Assembly: GCA_044892525.1 (NCBI GenBank)
Contig: CM097885.1
Coordinates: 53,880,001 to 53,944,000 of the forward strand
DNA from: Schmidtea polychroa
Lineage: Eukaryota
Length of the DNA stretch: 64,000 bases
Direction of reading: 5' to 3'
Shown here: one piece after another, positions 62,216 to 64,000 of the stretch
How positions within the stretch are numbered: position 1 is the first letter of the stretch
Layout: every line of letters begins with the position of its first letter
Translations under genes and position numbers: made by a program
The notes under the pieces: model-generated
The model's database searches: none
What the model was told of the DNA's origin: nothing
What the model saw: only the letters and a program-made list of their open reading frames with translations

Positions 62216-63116
62216 TTCTTCTATTTTCTAAAATGCTCTTTGATCTTGTCTTTTATTTTCTTTTTCTTACTACTCTGTTCAATCGCGAATTCATAATAAA
62301 ACATAAACATTTTATTGCAGCATAATAACAATTTTTCCGTGTCAGTAATATTAAACAATCTTGTAGCTGAACTCTTCTCAATCATTTTATCTGGAACCTG
62401 TCTTCGTGTAGCTACACATAAATTTGATCTCCTATTATTCCTTTCTGAGCACAAAACAATATCGATTCGGCCATTTTGATCTTGAGCACATTTCAACAAA
62501 TTTGTTTGATCCATATTCAATTCACCAGGTCCAGATTGAACTAATTGTCGGTCTCGAGATAATGTGATTAAAGAGAATCCATTACCCAGAATTTTAAGAG
62601 ATTTGCTAGATCTGATAACATCGTCTTTACAAATAGTTTCTATTGCCAGTTTGCTGCGGGTTCTATTCAACCTTGCCACTAAATCATCGAGATCCATCAA
62701 TCCCCCGTTATATTTAGATGTTGCCATTGTAATTTCCAAAAAACCCAATCGAAATAAAACTCAATAAACAAAGAAGATTTCCATTGCCATCAAATACAAT
62801 CACACAAAAACGTTCCAAAACAAAATCGATAAACTCTCTAAATTAAAAATTACAACTAACCTAATTAACCAAATTGAAAAATACCTCTTGCTCGCGTCTG
62901 TGTGTGCACACAGCCAAAAACCAAGAAAAGAAAAGCGCACACAGACGCGAGATCAGATTAAAATTTCCACATTCTCAATTTTACGCGTCTGTGTGCGCAC
63001 ACAACCAAAACAAAGAAAAAAGCGCACACAGACGCGAGACAACTAATAATTGACCATTCTTCTATTTTCTAAAATGCTCTTTGATCTTGTCTTTTATTTT
63101 CTTTTTCTTACTACTC
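62216..63116. repeat. 60-bp identical direct repeats (62216-62275, 63057-63116)
   Basis: ttcttctattttctaaaatgctctttgatc...cttactactc occurs twice. Confidence 0.9.
62455..62765 (-). pseudogene. SNF8: SNF8/VPS22 (ESCRT-II) internal fragment
   Basis: EITMATSKYNGGLMDLDDL...KDDVIRSSKSLKILGNGF...LVQSGPGELNMDQTNLL; both ends run into unrelated sequence. Confidence 0.8.
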
Positions 63117-63299
63117 ATTTATTAAAAATAATATACTTTTTTCTGTCGAATTAAAATTTTTTTTATAATTAAATATTCTTTTAAATTCAAAACGACTAAC
63201 TAAGAAAAATTTTTAAATTTATCTATTTCATCGAGATTGTATATGCTTATCTTCTACCAAATGTTTTTTCTTTTCAAAAAACATTGTATATTAATGTCA

Positions 63300-64000
63300 C
63301 GCATCTTAGAAACACATAGTACGTTCCAAAAAAGACTCAAAGTACACAAATAAGCACGTGTACTTTCTTAAATATGAAAGTGCTGACCTTTGGTGCATTA
63401 ATATTTCTTTGCGAGCTTGTTTTCTGTAGAATCCGTATGTTAGAGTATCTACTTCTATTTAAATTTTAAAATCCAATAGATTGAGGGATCCATCTTCTTC
63501 CGGATATTCGATCTCAAACTTAATATCTCGGTGAGCCGCATTGAATGTATGAAATATTTCCTCCGCCGCTTTTCTGCTTTTAGTCGTAATGAAGATGTCA
63601 TCTACATATCCTGCGTAGAAACGGTTGGATTGTATGGTCCTCCTTATTTGTTGTTCGAGGTTATCCATAAAAATGATTGCTAACAATCCTGATACGCTAG
63701 AACCCATAGGCAGACCTTTAACTTGTTTATAGACATTTTTTCAAAAGTAAAATATGTGTTCTCGAGGATAACAGTAAGAAGTTTGATGATATTCTCGGTA
63801 TTCATTTTCTTTATTAACAAGTTGCTTTCTCTTAATTTCTTGTCTAAACATTTATCAGCATCTTTTGGTTCGATGGATGTGTATAGTGATATGACATCAA
63901 GACTGGAGTGGTATTTGAATTCTCTCTGAGTAGTTTTGTTTTTATTTAATCTTGCCATGAAGCAGTCGCTGCTCTGCAGATGATGTGGTACAGTATCCAC
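63300..64000 (-). pseudogene. Penelope-like element reverse transcriptase, degenerate; runs off the window
   Basis: SLDVISLYTSI, GLPMGSSVSGLLAIIFM, YVDDIF, LNLLDF. Confidence 0.85.

Noticed and set aside
62880..63300. Hammerhead ribozyme expected near Penelope elements
   Set aside because: No CTGANGA...GAAA core seen; a covariance-model search would be needed.

Overview
Very AT-rich animal genomic DNA with abundant (ATT)n microsatellites and 38-53 nt introns, suggestive of a planarian flatworm (an inference, not proven). It is almost entirely nested mobile DNA. (1) A young Ty3/Gypsy element (2550-16293; 806-bp LTRs, ATTT TSD, tRNA-Trp PBS) splits an older hAT transposase. Its Pol ORF continues in frame into a predicted type-I membrane glycoprotein (FN3-like, ends ETWV). 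It also carries a nested Ac-like hAT and an antisense, intron-containing rolling-stone-like host gene relic. (2) A complete ~18-kb Polinton/Maverick (adintovirus-like; 22567-40534; 6-bp TSD GGAGTC) sits inside a hAT, which sits inside a probable piggyBac-like MITE. It encodes pPolB, integrase, A32 ATPase, adenain-like protease, major and minor capsid and core proteins. It also has unusual cargo: a TATA-binding-protein-like gene, an IAP-type RING protein, a universal stress protein pseudogene, and small spliced genes missed by the ORF track. (3) The right part holds relics (second pPolB, Gypsy pol, solo LTR, Penelope RT), an apparently intact Buster/SPIN-type hAT, the terminal exon of a host core-2/I-branching GlcNAc transferase, and an SNF8 fragment. 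All family calls come from motif recognition by eye; no database search was run.
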